From a bacterium (GTDB taxonomy: Bacteria; Hinthialibacterota; Hinthialibacteria; H5-UNCL2): a DNA stretch of 64,000 bases. The stretch spans positions 1,103,677-1,167,676 of the forward strand of contig JABTUV010000001.1 in NCBI GenBank assembly GCA_015075175.1. Direction: 5' to 3'. A model generated the notes under the pieces. The model did no database searches. It saw only the letters and a program-made list of their open reading frames with translations, and was not told where the DNA came from. The stretch's first letter is position 1, and every line of letters starts with the position of its first letter. Position numbers and translations under genes: made by a program. Of this stretch, positions 41,167 to 51,422 are shown in pieces.

Positions 41167-44100
41167 ATGCGTTCCGTGTTCATCTGCACATGGCTGTTGG
41201 TCTGGGGCGCGGCGGTCCAGACACACGCCGGTGATAGAACGCCGTACCCCGCCAAAGTCAACGCCGAGGTTCGACATCCGGCGCGGCCTCTCATTTCCCT
41301 GGACGGTGAGTGGGAATTTGCGACCGATGCGCGTGGCATCGGCGAAGTCCAGCGTTGGTATGCGGTCGATGCGGCTTGGCGGAATGCCCGCTCCATTCGC
41401 GTTCCCGGCTGCTGGGAGGCGCAGGGTGTGGGCGGGCCGGGCGAGAGCAACCCCACGACCCCCGAGGCGGCCCGGCGACGACTTCGCGGCTCCTATGTCG
41501 GCGCGGCCTGGTATCGCAAGCGCGTCGCCGTTCCTGCCGATTGGAAGAACCGTCTCGTGTGGTTGAAGGTCGGCGGGGTGAATTCGCAGGGATGGTTCTG
41601 GATCAACGGAGAGTTTGTCGCCCACGTCGACAGCTACTGCGGCAGTTACCGCTATGATATCAGCGAAGTTGTCGAGCCGGGCAGGGAAGCGGTCGTCGTG
41701 GCGCTGGTGCGCAATGATGTGCCCAGCCGCAAGGGCGTCTTCAACTGGATGCATCGCTTCGGCGGGCTGTACCGCGGCGTGGAGCTGGAGGCGACCGGCG
41801 ATCCGTTCATCGAGAGCGTGTACACCGTGGCCGATGCGACGCGTGGAGGCGTGGTGTGGTGCGCGCGCGTGCGTTCGCTGCGGCGGGCGGGTGCGGGAAG
41901 CCTCCGCTTCGCAGCCGATTTCGACGCGCAACCTGCCGGACGCGCCGAGGGCGCCCTGCGCCTTGCATCGGGGCAGGCGCTGGACGTGAGCGCCGCCATG
42001 CCCCTCGCCCCGCTTCGCTACTGGTCGCCGGAGTCGCCGCATCTCTACGCGGGGACGGCGGAATTGATCGTGGACGGGTCGATTGCGGACGGTCTGCCAT
42101 TGCGTTTCGGCGTCAAGACGTGGGAGGTCCGCAACGGAGACTTCTACCTCAACGGGCGCCCGTATTATTTGAGGGGTTACGGCGACGATTTCGTCTATCC
42201 CCTGACACTTTCTTCGCCCGCGTCAAAGATGTTTCACGTGAAACATTTTGAGATTGCCAAAGGTTTCGGTCTCAACTACGTCCGTTTGCATACGCACTGC
42301 GAGCTGCCGGAATACTTCGAGGCCGCCGACGAAGTCGGCATGATGGTTCAACCTGAGCTGCCGTACTACGGCGCCCGTCCCTCCGCCGGCTCGCGCGAGT
42401 ATTTCCTGCCCGAGGCCGATCTCCGCGAACTCATCGACCACTACCGCGACCACGTCTCGCTGGCGACCTATTGTACCGGCAACGAGGGATGGCTGGGATC
42501 TCCGACTGACGAACACGTGTTTCGACTGGGCAAGCAGGTGGACCCGACGCGGCTTTTCTTGCACCAGGACGGCGGGGTCAATCGACCGAACAATTCGGAC
42601 TACGACACGATCTTCGAGTGGGACGCGCGCCTGCGGTCCGCGACGTTCGCGCCCGCGCGGCCGCTCGTATTGCACGAGTATCTCAACCTGGCGCTGGACG
42701 AGGATCCGCGCCGCCATGCGCGCTACACGGGCGCGTTACTGCCTGCCGGCACGATGGACGACTTCAAGGCGGAGACGGCCCGCCGGCGGCTGGATTCCGA
42801 GTGGGGCTTGCGCTGCTTTGACGCCGGTTATCGCATGCAGAGCTATTGCCAGAAGGAGGGGCTGGAGAAGGCGCGCCGCGATCCACGCCTGGACGGGCAG
42901 ATTTTCTGGACCATCGTGGACGTGGGCGCGCCGTACTCGTCACAAGGTCTCTTGGATCAATTCTGGGAAGCCAAGCACAGCACGCCGCAGTTCTTCCGGC
43001 GGTTCAACGCGCCTACGGTAGTCCTGGCCGAGCTGCCGCGCGATCCGCCCATCTTCACGTCCGGCGAGCGCATCGACGTGCGCTGGATGCTCTCGCACTA
43101 CGAAGCGACGGAGGCGACGCGCGCGCACCTGGCATGGATGCTTGGCCGTGGCCGCAGCGTGGGATTCGGCGCCGGCAGCCCACCGTCCTTCACCCTCCAA
43201 GCCGGAGTGGGTGAAGTGGCGCGTACGCGATGCACGGTCCCGGTCGTGGGACGATCGGAGATACTGACGCTGTACGGACGCGTTGAGACCGAGGATGCCA
43301 CGCCGCCATGCGTGTGGGAGAACGCCTGGGACGTGTGGGTCTTCCCGGCCACGCGGGAGACCCTGCGCTCCGGCGAAGGAATCGCCGCCGGCGACGAGCT
43401 GTTTGCGCGTCTGTCGCCGCGCCTGCCCGGATTGCGCCGGGCAGGCGACACTGGAGCGGGTGACGCGCGCCTCTTGCTTTCGGAACGCTTCGGCGCGCGC
43501 GAACGCGCCTGGTTGAACGATGGACGCGACGTCTTGCTCCTGTCCATGCGCGGATGGCCGGCGGTTCGTCCCGGTGCACGCCCCGGTTGGTGGACGGTAC
43601 GCGGCCAGGCGGGGACCGCCGTCGCCTCCCATCCCGCCTTGGGCGATTTTCCCCACCAGGGCTGGCTTTCGCCCGTCTTTTTCTCGCTCGTGGATCGAGC
43701 CGTCAAGCGCGAGGGTGAGTTCATCAATACCGAACCGATGATCCTCGGACATGGACGGTACGGATACCTCCTGTATGCCTTTCAAGCGCGTGCCGCCGCC
43801 GGACGGCTGCTGGCGAATGGGCTTGATCTCCTTTCCGGTCGCGTGGAGGCCGACGATCTCTTGCGGCGCCTCATCGATTACGCGCTGAGCCCAGAGTTTG
43901 CTCCGCAGGCGACCCTGGAGCTGGCCGAGCTGCCCGACACGGAGCTCCTGAATGGTTGCGCTCGCATCCATGCCGACTCGGTGTGGGAACAAAGTTACGA
44001 CTCGTTTCTGGGACTCGGCCGGTTGTGCTTCGTCCGAGCGGGGGACGGCCGTCAGAGGTTGCGCTGGGAAACCGATCCGATTCCCGAGGATGCTGCGGAT

Positions 44101-44406
44101 GGGGTCTCGCTGCGCATGGTGGCGGGGATGGGATACGCCTCGCAACCGGCGGCGACTTTCACGCTCGCGCTCGACGGCGCTCCCCTACTGGATTTCGGCG
44201 TGACGCTCGCGGACGCGACGTGGTACAACCACGATCGATCGGCTGCGCTTTTTTATGACGTGAAGCAAAATGACCGTGAGGATAGCTCGGGCTTCTTGAT
44301 TCTCAACTTGACCTCGACGTACTTGACTCCGGGCAAGGCTCTTCAGTTGGAGATCCGTCCAGCCGGCGTCGGCAGTCGCCAGTGGTTCGGTTTGTACGAC
44401 TTTTAG
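41167..44406 (+). CDS. Glycoside hydrolase family 2 (beta-galactosidase/beta-mannosidase-like), secreted
   Basis: Signal peptide, GH2 sugar-binding and TIM-barrel segments (FYLNGRPYYLRGYGDD, NYVRLHTHCELPEYF...E); 1079 aa with an intact frame. Confidence 0.8.
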   Translation: MRSVFICTWLLVWGAAVQTHAGDRTPYPAKVNAEVRHPARPLISLDGEWEFATDARGIGEVQRWYAVDAAWRNARSIRVPGCWEAQGVGGPGESNPTTPEAARRRLRGSYVGAAWYRKRVAVPADWKNRLVWLKVGGVNSQGWFWINGEFVAHVDSYCGSYRYDISEVVEPGREAVVVALVRNDVPSRKGVFNWMHRFGGLYRGVELEATGDPFIESVYTVADATRGGVVWCARVRSLRRAGAGSLRFAADFDAQPAGRAEGALRLASGQALDVSAAMPLAPLRYWSPESPHLYAGTAELIVDGSIADGLPLRFGVKTWEVRNGDFYLNGRPYYLRGYGDDFVYPLTLSSPASKMFHVKHFEIAKGFGLNYVRLHTHCELPEYFEAADEVGMMVQPELPYYGARPSAGSREYFLPEADLRELIDHYRDHVSLATYCTGNEGWLGSPTDEHVFRLGKQVDPTRLFLHQDGGVNRPNNSDYDTIFEWDARLRSATFAPARPLVLHEYLNLALDEDPRRHARYTGALLPAGTMDDFKAETARRRLDSEWGLRCFDAGYRMQSYCQKEGLEKARRDPRLDGQIFWTIVDVGAPYSSQGLLDQFWEAKHSTPQFFRRFNAPTVVLAELPRDPPIFTSGERIDVRWMLSHYEATEATRAHLAWMLGRGRSVGFGAGSPPSFTLQAGVGEVARTRCTVPVVGRSEILTLYGRVETEDATPPCVWENAWDVWVFPATRETLRSGEGIAAGDELFARLSPRLPGLRRAGDTGAGDARLLLSERFGARERAWLNDGRDVLLLSMRGWPAVRPGARPGWWTVRGQAGTAVASHPALGDFPHQGWLSPVFFSLVDRAVKREGEFINTEPMILGHGRYGYLLYAFQARAAAGRLLANGLDLLSGRVEADDLLRRLIDYALSPEFAPQATLELAELPDTELLNGCARIHADSVWEQSYDSFLGLGRLCFVRAGDGRQRLRWETDPIPEDAADGVSLRMVAGMGYASQPAATFTLALDGAPLLDFGVTLADATWYNHDRSAALFYDVKQNDREDSSGFLILNLTSTYLTPGKALQLEIRPAGVGSRQWFGLYDF

Positions 44407-44670
44407 ACCACTCAAGAACACTATGTAATATACTTAATTTATTAAGCTTAAATAAAACAGCCGTAAAAAAGTGCTTTTTCGCGTTTTTTCCCTTGTGATT
44501 TCCCTTGGCTTCGACTATATATCGTATTGGATTGGTCCTATATGCCGGAGCAGCCCGCCGGGGTGCACTCCGGGGCGGAGTGCTCCAGCTCTGTCGGCAA
44601 CGCCCGCGCGCATGCCGCTCCGCTGGACCAAGTACCCCGCGACCAAGAGAGAATACGACCGAGGGAGCGT
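44407..44670 (+). promoter_or_regulatory. AT-rich island (suf promoter/operator region) with palindromes CTTAATttATTAAG and ATATA-N17-TATAT
   Basis: GC content drops sharply compared with the flanks; lies upstream of sufB. Confidence 0.45.
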
Positions 44671-46116
44671 TATGTCTTCATCGACGGAAACCATTCAGCA
44701 ACTGGCCGAAAAGGAATACAAGCACGGTTTCGTCACCGATATCGAGGCGGACACCGTACCCTTCGGCCTGTCGGAAGACATCATCCGCATGATCTCGGAA
44801 AAGAAGAAGGAACCCGAGTTCATGCTGGAGTGGCGCCTGCGCGCCTATCGCCACTGGCTGAAGATGACCGAGCCGCACTGGCCCAATGTGGAGTATCCGC
44901 CCATCGACTATCAGAAGATACGCTATTACTCGGCGCCCAAGAGCATGAAGGACCGGCCCAAGAGCCTGGAAGAGGTCGATCCCAAGCTCCTGGAGACCTA
45001 CAACAAGCTGGGCATTCCCCTGGCCGAACAGGAGCGCCTGGCGGGCGTGGCGGTGGACGCCGTTTTCGACAGCGTCTCGGTCGCCACCACGTTCAAGGGC
45101 AAGCTCAACGAGCTGGGCATCATCTTCTGCTCGTTTTCCGAGGCGGTGCGGGAGCATCCGGAGCTGGTGAAAAAGTATCTCGGCTCGGTCGTGCCCTATA
45201 CCGACAACTTTTTTGCGTCGCTCAACTCGGCGGTGTTTTCAGACGGCTCGTTCGTTTACATCCCCAAGGGCGTGCGCTGCCCGATGGAACTCTCGACTTA
45301 TTTCCGCATCAACGCGGCGGACACGGGGCAATTCGAGCGCACACTGATCATCGCCGACGAGGGCGCGTACGTCAGCTACCTGGAAGGTTGCACCGCGCCC
45401 ATCCGCGACGAGAACCAGCTGCACGCGGCGGTGGTCGAGCTGGTCGCGCTGGACAACGCCACCATCAAGTACAGCACGGTGCAAAACTGGTATCCGGGCG
45501 ACGCGGAGGGCCGGGGCGGCATCTATAACTTCGTCACCACGCGGGGCCAGTGCCGGGGCAGAAACTCAAAAATTTCCTGGACGCAGGTGGAGACGGGTTC
45601 CGCCATCACGTGGAAGTATCAGCTGCCTTCTGCTGGGCGAGAAACTCGGTCGGCGAGTTTTACTCCGTGGCCGTCACTGCGCTCAAGCAGCAGGCGGACA
45701 CGGGACCAAGATGGTGCATATCGGCAAGAACGCGACCAGCGATCGTCTCGAGAAGGGCATTTCAAGCGGGCCGGGGCAGAACCTACCGCGGGCTGGTGTC
45801 GGTCGCCCAGAAGCGCGGAAAACGCGCGCAACTACACTTGCAGTGCGACAGCATGCTGATCGGCGACCGCTGCGGCGCGCACACCTTCCCGTATATTGAG
45901 GTGAAAACACCACCGCGCAGGTGGAGCACGAGGCGTCCACGTCCAAGATCGGCGAGGACCAGATTTTCTACTGCGGTAGCGCGGCATCAGCAAGGAGGAC
46001 GCGGTCAGCGCCGATCGTGAACGGCTTCTGTAAGGAGGTCTTCGGCGAACGCCGATGGAGTTCGCGTGGAGGCGCAGAAGCTGCTGGGTATCACGCTGGA
46101 AGGCAGCGTAGGTTAG
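44671..46116 (+). pseudogene. sufB: Fe-S cluster assembly protein SufB; 5' two-thirds intact, 3' third spread over at least 7 frame changes
   Basis: SufB-like sequence is continuous to ...[18 protein letters not shown]. It then switches among three frames ([12 protein letters not shown] / [17 protein letters not shown] / [31 protein letters not shown] / VEHEASTSKIGEDQIFYC / IVNGFCKEVF / EAQKLLGITLEGSVG*). Confidence 0.8.
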
Positions 46117-46219
46117 CGTTGGAGGTTACCCCATGGACCTCGGAGTTCCGTGACTGTTCTAGCGTCGACGTCAAGGCCTCCGCAAGAGACGGAAGTCAAT
46201 CGACGCGACGTCAGAAGAG

Positions 46220-46612
46220 ATGGTGTCCGACTGGAAGAGGCGGCTTGAAGAAATCGTCAATCGTGGAAGTTCCGCGCCAAGTACGCGAGCGATTTTGCGG
46301 CGGAGCGTTTTGACGTCGAGCAGGTTGATGAATACTTGATGAGGACGAAAAAAAGATTAAACCAGGGCTGCCAGCCTGCCGACTTGTAAAAGGGGACACA
46401 TGCATCACGTTTGTGCCCAGCGCACTCTGGATCATCGGCGCCAAGGGTCGCGTCAACGTGTCCGCCGGCAAGAACCAATTCACGCTTTCGACATGGGAGG
46501 CGAGCAGGAAAGCCAAGCAATTGGCAGGTCGCCAGCCGAGACTTCGAGAAGGTGCTTGTACCGTTCAATGCCGACGCGTTTAAGCGCATCATCGGCGGCC
46601 AGATTGTATGAT
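46220..46612 (+). CDS. Small ORF(s) inside a lower-GC insertion (fragmented; possible antitoxin-like partner)
   Basis: Protein-like fragments: FRAKYASDFAAERFDVEQVDEYLMRTKKRLNQ and FVPSALWIIGAKGRVNVSAGKNQFTLSTWEASRKAKQLAG...DFEKVLVPFNADAFKRIIGGQIV. The last one ends TGA overlapping the next ATG (ATGA). Confidence 0.3.
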
Positions 46613-47060
46613 TGCCTTTAAGAAGATTTACGAGGCTTATTGCGTAGCGAATGAAGCCCTCGCGGAAAAAGAGTCGTCAGCAAGGAGCGCTGTGCAGAGG
46701 GCGCGCTGGAGCAGGAAGATGATTCTCAATGACCAGGCGTACTTTGTGATGCTCTTCGCGCAGCTGGAGGACCGCATCACGGGAAAATGCCGCGCCTTGA
46801 TCAAAAGAAAGAGCGCGACCGGCAAGTGGGGTTCGAGACGGTCATGGCAGATTCTAGACGCCCACGACGTGGAACGGATGCCCTTTACCAGGCGCGTTGC
46901 GCTGCTGCTCGAAAAGGGAACGGCTGATTACACGGAAGTTTGCGGCTTTTATAGAGATCGGTGCGCCATTGCACACGGACAATTGGGAAAAGTGAGTCCC
47001 ATAAACCTTCCGCACGTGGCGCGAAAGATACAGTATTTGGCAAGCAAGCTGCAATCGTGA
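46608..47060 (+). CDS. HEPN-like protein (candidate toxin or abortive-infection nuclease)
   Basis: 150 aa, helical-type composition, and an R-x4-H motif (RCAIAH within YRDRCAIAHGQL) in the C-terminal half. Lower GC than the neighbours. Located between sufB and sufC. Confidence 0.4.
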   Translation: MIAFKKIYEAYCVANEALAEKESSARSAVQRARWSRKMILNDQAYFVMLFAQLEDRITGKCRALIKRKSATGKWGSRRSWQILDAHDVERMPFTRRVALLLEKGTADYTEVCGFYRDRCAIAHGQLGKVSPINLPHVARKIQYLASKLQS

Positions 47061-47081
47061 AATGAGGAGAGCTTGGTGGAC

Positions 47082-47852
47082 ATGTTGGAAATCAAGAACC
47101 TGCACGCGAAAGTCGAGGACAATGTCATCCTGCGCGGCATCAACCTGTCAGTGAAGCCAGGTGAGGTGCACGCCATCATGGGGCCCAACGGCTCGGGCAA
47201 GAGCACGCTGGCGCACATTTTGGCGGGCCGCGACGGCTACGAGGTGACCGCCGGAGAAGTCCGCTACAAGGGCTTGGACCTCTTGGAGATGGCTCCCGAG
47301 GAGCGCGCCCGCGAAGGCGTGTTTCTCGCCTTCCAGTATCCGGTGGAAATCCCGGGCGTCAACAGCTCTTACTTTCTCAAGGCGGGCCTCAACGAAATCC
47401 GCAAGCATCGCGGCCTGCCGGAACTGGACGCGATCGACTTTCTGGCTTTGGTGAAGGAGCGGATGAAGCTGGTGGACATGGACGCCTCGCTGCTCAACCG
47501 TCCCGTCAACGAGGGATTCTCCGGGGGGGAGAAGAAGCGGAACGAAATCTTCCAGATGGCCGTTTTGGAGCCGACGCTGTGCGTTTTGGACGAGACCGAC
47601 TCGGGGCTGGACATCGACGCGCTGAAGATCGTGGCCAGGGGTGTGAACGCGCTGCGCAGCCCGGAGCGCGCGTTCGTGCTGGTGACGCACTACCAGCGGC
47701 TGCTCAACTACATCGTGCCGGACTTCGTGCACGTGTTGTCGAAGGGGCGCATCGTGCGCTCGGGGGGCAAGGAGCTGGCGCTGGAGCTGGAGGAGAAGGG
47801 TTACGCGTGGGTGGAAGAGCTGGCGGGTGCGGGCCAGCCGGTGGGGGCTTGA
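47082..47852 (+). CDS. sufC: Fe-S cluster assembly ATPase SufC
   Basis: Walker A GPNGSGKST, signature motif FSGGEKKR, D-loop; intact. Confidence 0.95.
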   Translation: MLEIKNLHAKVEDNVILRGINLSVKPGEVHAIMGPNGSGKSTLAHILAGRDGYEVTAGEVRYKGLDLLEMAPEERAREGVFLAFQYPVEIPGVNSSYFLKAGLNEIRKHRGLPELDAIDFLALVKERMKLVDMDASLLNRPVNEGFSGGEKKRNEIFQMAVLEPTLCVLDETDSGLDIDALKIVARGVNALRSPERAFVLVTHYQRLLNYIVPDFVHVLSKGRIVRSGGKELALELEEKGYAWVEELAGAGQPVGA

Positions 47853-47855
47853 GCG

Positions 47856-49205
47856 ATGGCGGCGACGGAAACCAAACCGGCCCCGGCCGTTTTCCAAGAG
47901 CATTTCGCCGCGCGGGAGGAGGCGCTCTCGGCGCGGGGAGGGCCGCAACTGCACGAGATACGCCGACGCGGGCTGGCGCGTTTCGTCGAGCTCGGCTTTC
48001 CCACCTTCAAGGACGAGGACTGGCGCCAGACGCCGCTGGCGCCCGTCTTGGACGTGGCCTGGACGCCCGCCGAGCCGCCCGCCGCCATGCCGTCCCCCGC
48101 GGCCTTGCGGCCGTTTCTCTTCGGCGACGAAGTTACAGCCCGGCTGGTCTTCGTCAACGGTTGCTTTTCGCCCTCGCTGTCGTTTCGGGGCGAGGTTCCC
48201 GACAATGTCTTCATCGGCAGCCTGGCGGAGGCGCTCTCGACTCAGCCGGACTGGGTGCGGGAGCATCTTGCGCAGCAACTGGGTTTTGAGAATCAGCCTT
48301 TCGCCGCGTTGAATACGGCCTTCATCGCGGACGGCGCGGCGGTATACGTTCCGCGCGGCGTAACGCTTCCGCAGCCGGTTCACCTGCTGTTTCTTTCCAG
48401 CGGGGACGCCGGACCATCGGTAGCGTATCCGCGCAGCCTTGTCGTGGTCGAGGAGAGCGCGGGGCTTTCGCTGGTGGAGCATTACGCCTCGCTCTCGGAC
48501 AGACCGACGCTGACCAACGCCGCCAGCGAGGTGGTGTGCGGGGAGAACTCGCGGGTGGATCATTACAAGGTTCAGTCGGAGGGGAAGGGGGCGCGGCACG
48601 TCGGCGCGATGCAGGCGCGGCAGGCGCGTGGCGCCAACTATACCCACCACTCGATTTCGCTGGGTGCGGCCTGGGCGCGCCACGATCTCTCCACGCTCCT
48701 GGCCGGCGAGGGCGTGGAGGCGCTCCTGCACGGCCTTTTCGTGCTCACCGGCGAACAACTCTGCGACCACCACACGCGCATCGAGCACGCCGCCCCGCAT
48801 TGCCGGAGCTTCGAGCTGTATAAGGGCGTCCTGGACCAGCGCGCGCGCGGCGTTTTCAACGGGCGCATCTACGTGCATCGGGAGGCGCAGAAAACCGACT
48901 CCAAGCAGAGCAACGGCAACCTGCTCTTGTCCGACGACGCGGTCGTCTTTACCAAACCGCAGCTGGAGATCTTCGCCGATGACGTTAAATGCACGCACGG
49001 GGCGACCATCGGGCGCCTGGACGAAGACGCCTTCTTCTACATGCGCTCGCGCGGCATCGGGCGCGAGGAGAGCCGCACCCTGCTCATCTACGCCTTCGCC
49101 AGCGAAGTGATCGACCGCATCAGGATCGAGCCTCTGCGCCGGCAGCTTCTGCGCGCCCTGGTCGAGCACCTGCCCAACGGCCGGATCATCAAGGAGGTCG
49201 CATGA
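47856..49205 (+). CDS. sufD: Fe-S cluster assembly protein SufD
   Basis: Operon position and family similarity (...FYMRSRGI...); 449 aa and intact. Confidence 0.85.
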   Translation: MAATETKPAPAVFQEHFAAREEALSARGGPQLHEIRRRGLARFVELGFPTFKDEDWRQTPLAPVLDVAWTPAEPPAAMPSPAALRPFLFGDEVTARLVFVNGCFSPSLSFRGEVPDNVFIGSLAEALSTQPDWVREHLAQQLGFENQPFAALNTAFIADGAAVYVPRGVTLPQPVHLLFLSSGDAGPSVAYPRSLVVVEESAGLSLVEHYASLSDRPTLTNAASEVVCGENSRVDHYKVQSEGKGARHVGAMQARQARGANYTHHSISLGAAWARHDLSTLLAGEGVEALLHGLFVLTGEQLCDHHTRIEHAAPHCRSFELYKGVLDQRARGVFNGRIYVHREAQKTDSKQSNGNLLLSDDAVVFTKPQLEIFADDVKCTHGATIGRLDEDAFFYMRSRGIGREESRTLLIYAFASEVIDRIRIEPLRRQLLRALVEHLPNGRIIKEVA

Positions 49206-50464
49206 GTCCGCTCGCTGTGGTGGAAAAGGACAGGCGCGGCCCCTCCGCCTACGACGTGGAGGCGGTGCGGCGCGATTTCCCTATTCTGTCGCGCATGGTC
49301 CATGGAAAGCCGCTCGTTTACCTGGACAACGCGGCGACCACGCAGAAGCCGCAGTGCGTGATCGACGCCGTGTCGCGCTACTACCGCGAGGAGAACTCGA
49401 ACATCCATCGCGGCGTGCATTATCTTTCGGAAGTGGCGACCGAGGCGTACGAGGCGGCGCGCATCAAGGTGCAGCGGTTTCTCAACGCGCCTCTGTTCTG
49501 CGAGATCATCTACGTGCGCGGCGCGACCGAGGCCATCAACCTGGTCGTGTCCAGCTACGGCCGGACGCATGTGGGGGCGGGCGACGAGGTGATCATCTCC
49601 GCCATCGAGCATCACTCCAACATCGTGCCGTGGCAGATGTTGTGCGAGGAGAAGGGGGCGCGGCTGCGCGTCATTCCCGTCAACGACCGCGGCGAACTGA
49701 TGCTGGAGGAGTACGAGAAGCTGTTTAATCCGCGCACGAAGTTCGTCTCCCTCGTGCACGTGTCCAACGCGCTGGGGACGGTCAATCCGGTGAAGGAGAT
49801 GATCGATACGGCGCATCGCCACGGGGCGCCGGTGCTGGTGGACGGGGCGCAGGCCGCGCCGCATCTGCCGGTGGACGTGCAGGAGCTGGATTGCGACTTC
49901 TACGTCTTTTCCGGCCACAAGGTGTACGGACCGACGGGGGTGGGCGCGTTGTACGGCAAGGCGAGCCTGCTGAAGGACATGCCGCCGTATATGGGCGGGG
50001 GCGACATGATCCGGTCGGTCAGCTTCGAGAAGACGACCTATAACGACTTGCCGCACCGCTTCGAGGCGGGCACGCCCAACATCGCGGGCGGCATCGGGCT
50101 GGGCGCGGCCATCGACTACGTGACGGCGCTGGGGCCGGAGCGCATCGCCGCGCACGAGCACGACCTGCTCGTGTACGGTACGGAGCGCCTGTCGGAAATC
50201 CCGGGATTGCGCCTCATCGGCACGGCGCGGGAGAAGGCGGGGGTGCTGTCTTTTACGCTTGAGGGCATTCATCCGCACGACATCGGGACGATTCTGGACC
50301 GGGAAGGGATCGCCGTGCGCACCGGGCATCACTGCGCGATGCCGGTGATGGAGCGCTTCGGCGTGCCGGCAACGGCGCGCGCCTCGCTGGGGCTTTACAA
50401 TACGCGGCAGGAGATCGACGCGCTGGTCGCCGGCCTCCACCGCGTGATCCGGGTTTTCTCGTGA
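49202..50464 (+). CDS. sufS: Cysteine desulfurase SufS (class V aminotransferase, PLP-dependent)
   Basis: SGHKVYGPTGVGALYG (PLP-lysine) and the catalytic HHCA motif; ATGA overlap with sufD. Confidence 0.9.
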   Translation: MSPLAVVEKDRRGPSAYDVEAVRRDFPILSRMVHGKPLVYLDNAATTQKPQCVIDAVSRYYREENSNIHRGVHYLSEVATEAYEAARIKVQRFLNAPLFCEIIYVRGATEAINLVVSSYGRTHVGAGDEVIISAIEHHSNIVPWQMLCEEKGARLRVIPVNDRGELMLEEYEKLFNPRTKFVSLVHVSNALGTVNPVKEMIDTAHRHGAPVLVDGAQAAPHLPVDVQELDCDFYVFSGHKVYGPTGVGALYGKASLLKDMPPYMGGGDMIRSVSFEKTTYNDLPHRFEAGTPNIAGGIGLGAAIDYVTALGPERIAAHEHDLLVYGTERLSEIPGLRLIGTAREKAGVLSFTLEGIHPHDIGTILDREGIAVRTGHHCAMPVMERFGVPATARASLGLYNTRQEIDALVAGLHRVIRVFS

Positions 50465-50919
50465 TGAGCGGCGATCTGCGCGAACTCTACCAGGAAGTGA
50501 TTCTGGACCACAGCAAGCGCCCTCGCAACTTCGGGGCGCTGCCCCAGTCCAACCGGCGCGCCGAGGGCTATAATCCGCTTTGCGGCGACCGCATCACCGT
50601 TTACATGCTGGTGGAGGATGGCGTGGTTGCGGCGGTGGCCTTCGAGGGGGCCGGCTGCGCCATTTGCACCGCGTCGGCCTCGATGATGACGCAGGCGCTG
50701 GTGGGCAAGACCGAGGCGGAGGTGGAGGGGCTGTTCCGGGGTTTTCACGCGCTGGTGACGGAGGAGACGGCGCTCAACGCGGACACCTCCAAACTGGGCA
50801 AGCTGTCGGTGTTTGCAGGCGTACGGGAGTTTCCCATTCGCGTCAAGTGCGCGACTTTGCCCTGGCACACCATGCGCGCGGCGCTGGAGAACCAGGCCGC
50901 TCCCGTGACCACGGAGTAA
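50464..50919 (+). CDS. sufU: SUF scaffold protein SufU (NifU/IscU-like)
   Basis: PLCGD...GAGCAICTASASMMT...CATLPW cysteine ligands. Confidence 0.85.
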   Translation: MSGDLRELYQEVILDHSKRPRNFGALPQSNRRAEGYNPLCGDRITVYMLVEDGVVAAVAFEGAGCAICTASASMMTQALVGKTEAEVEGLFRGFHALVTEETALNADTSKLGKLSVFAGVREFPIRVKCATLPWHTMRAALENQAAPVTTE

Positions 50920-50944
50920 GCGCGGACATGGAGGGGGCGAAGCG

Positions 50945-51379
50945 ATGAAGAACTTTCTCTCCAGGTTCCTGGCGCGACAGCGCGAGGGGAGCCTGCCGGA
51001 ACCCGAGCCGTTGATGCCGCCGCCTGCGCCTACGCCTGCGCCTGAGCCGCCACCGCCCGCCGAGCCGGTGGATGTCGCCAGTCTCCAGGACGGCATCCTG
51101 CGCACGCTCAAGACCTGCTACGATCCGGAAATCCCCGTCAACATCTACGACCTGGGGCTGGTGTATGACGTCAAGGTGGAACCGGACGGCGCGGTGCAAG
51201 TCGTGATGACGCTGACCTCGCCGCATTGTCCGGTCGCCGAGTCGCTGCCGGCGGAAGTGCGGGAGAAGATCAGCCTCCTGCCGGGCGTGCGCACCGTCAA
51301 GGTCGACGTGGTGTGGGAGCCGCAGTGGGGGCCGGACATGATGTCGGATGCGGCCAAGCTGGAGCTCAACCTGTTCTGA
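50945..51379 (+). CDS. sufT: DUF59 (MIP18/SufT-like) Fe-S assembly protein with a Pro-rich N-terminal extension
   Basis: IYDLGLVYDVKV...LTSPHCPVAE motif. Confidence 0.75.
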   Translation: MKNFLSRFLARQREGSLPEPEPLMPPPAPTPAPEPPPPAEPVDVASLQDGILRTLKTCYDPEIPVNIYDLGLVYDVKVEPDGAVQVVMTLTSPHCPVAESLPAEVREKISLLPGVRTVKVDVVWEPQWGPDMMSDAAKLELNLF

Positions 51380-51422
51380 CGCATGTGGAGTGCGGCAGCA
51401 GGCTGGCGCAGTCCAGAAACGG

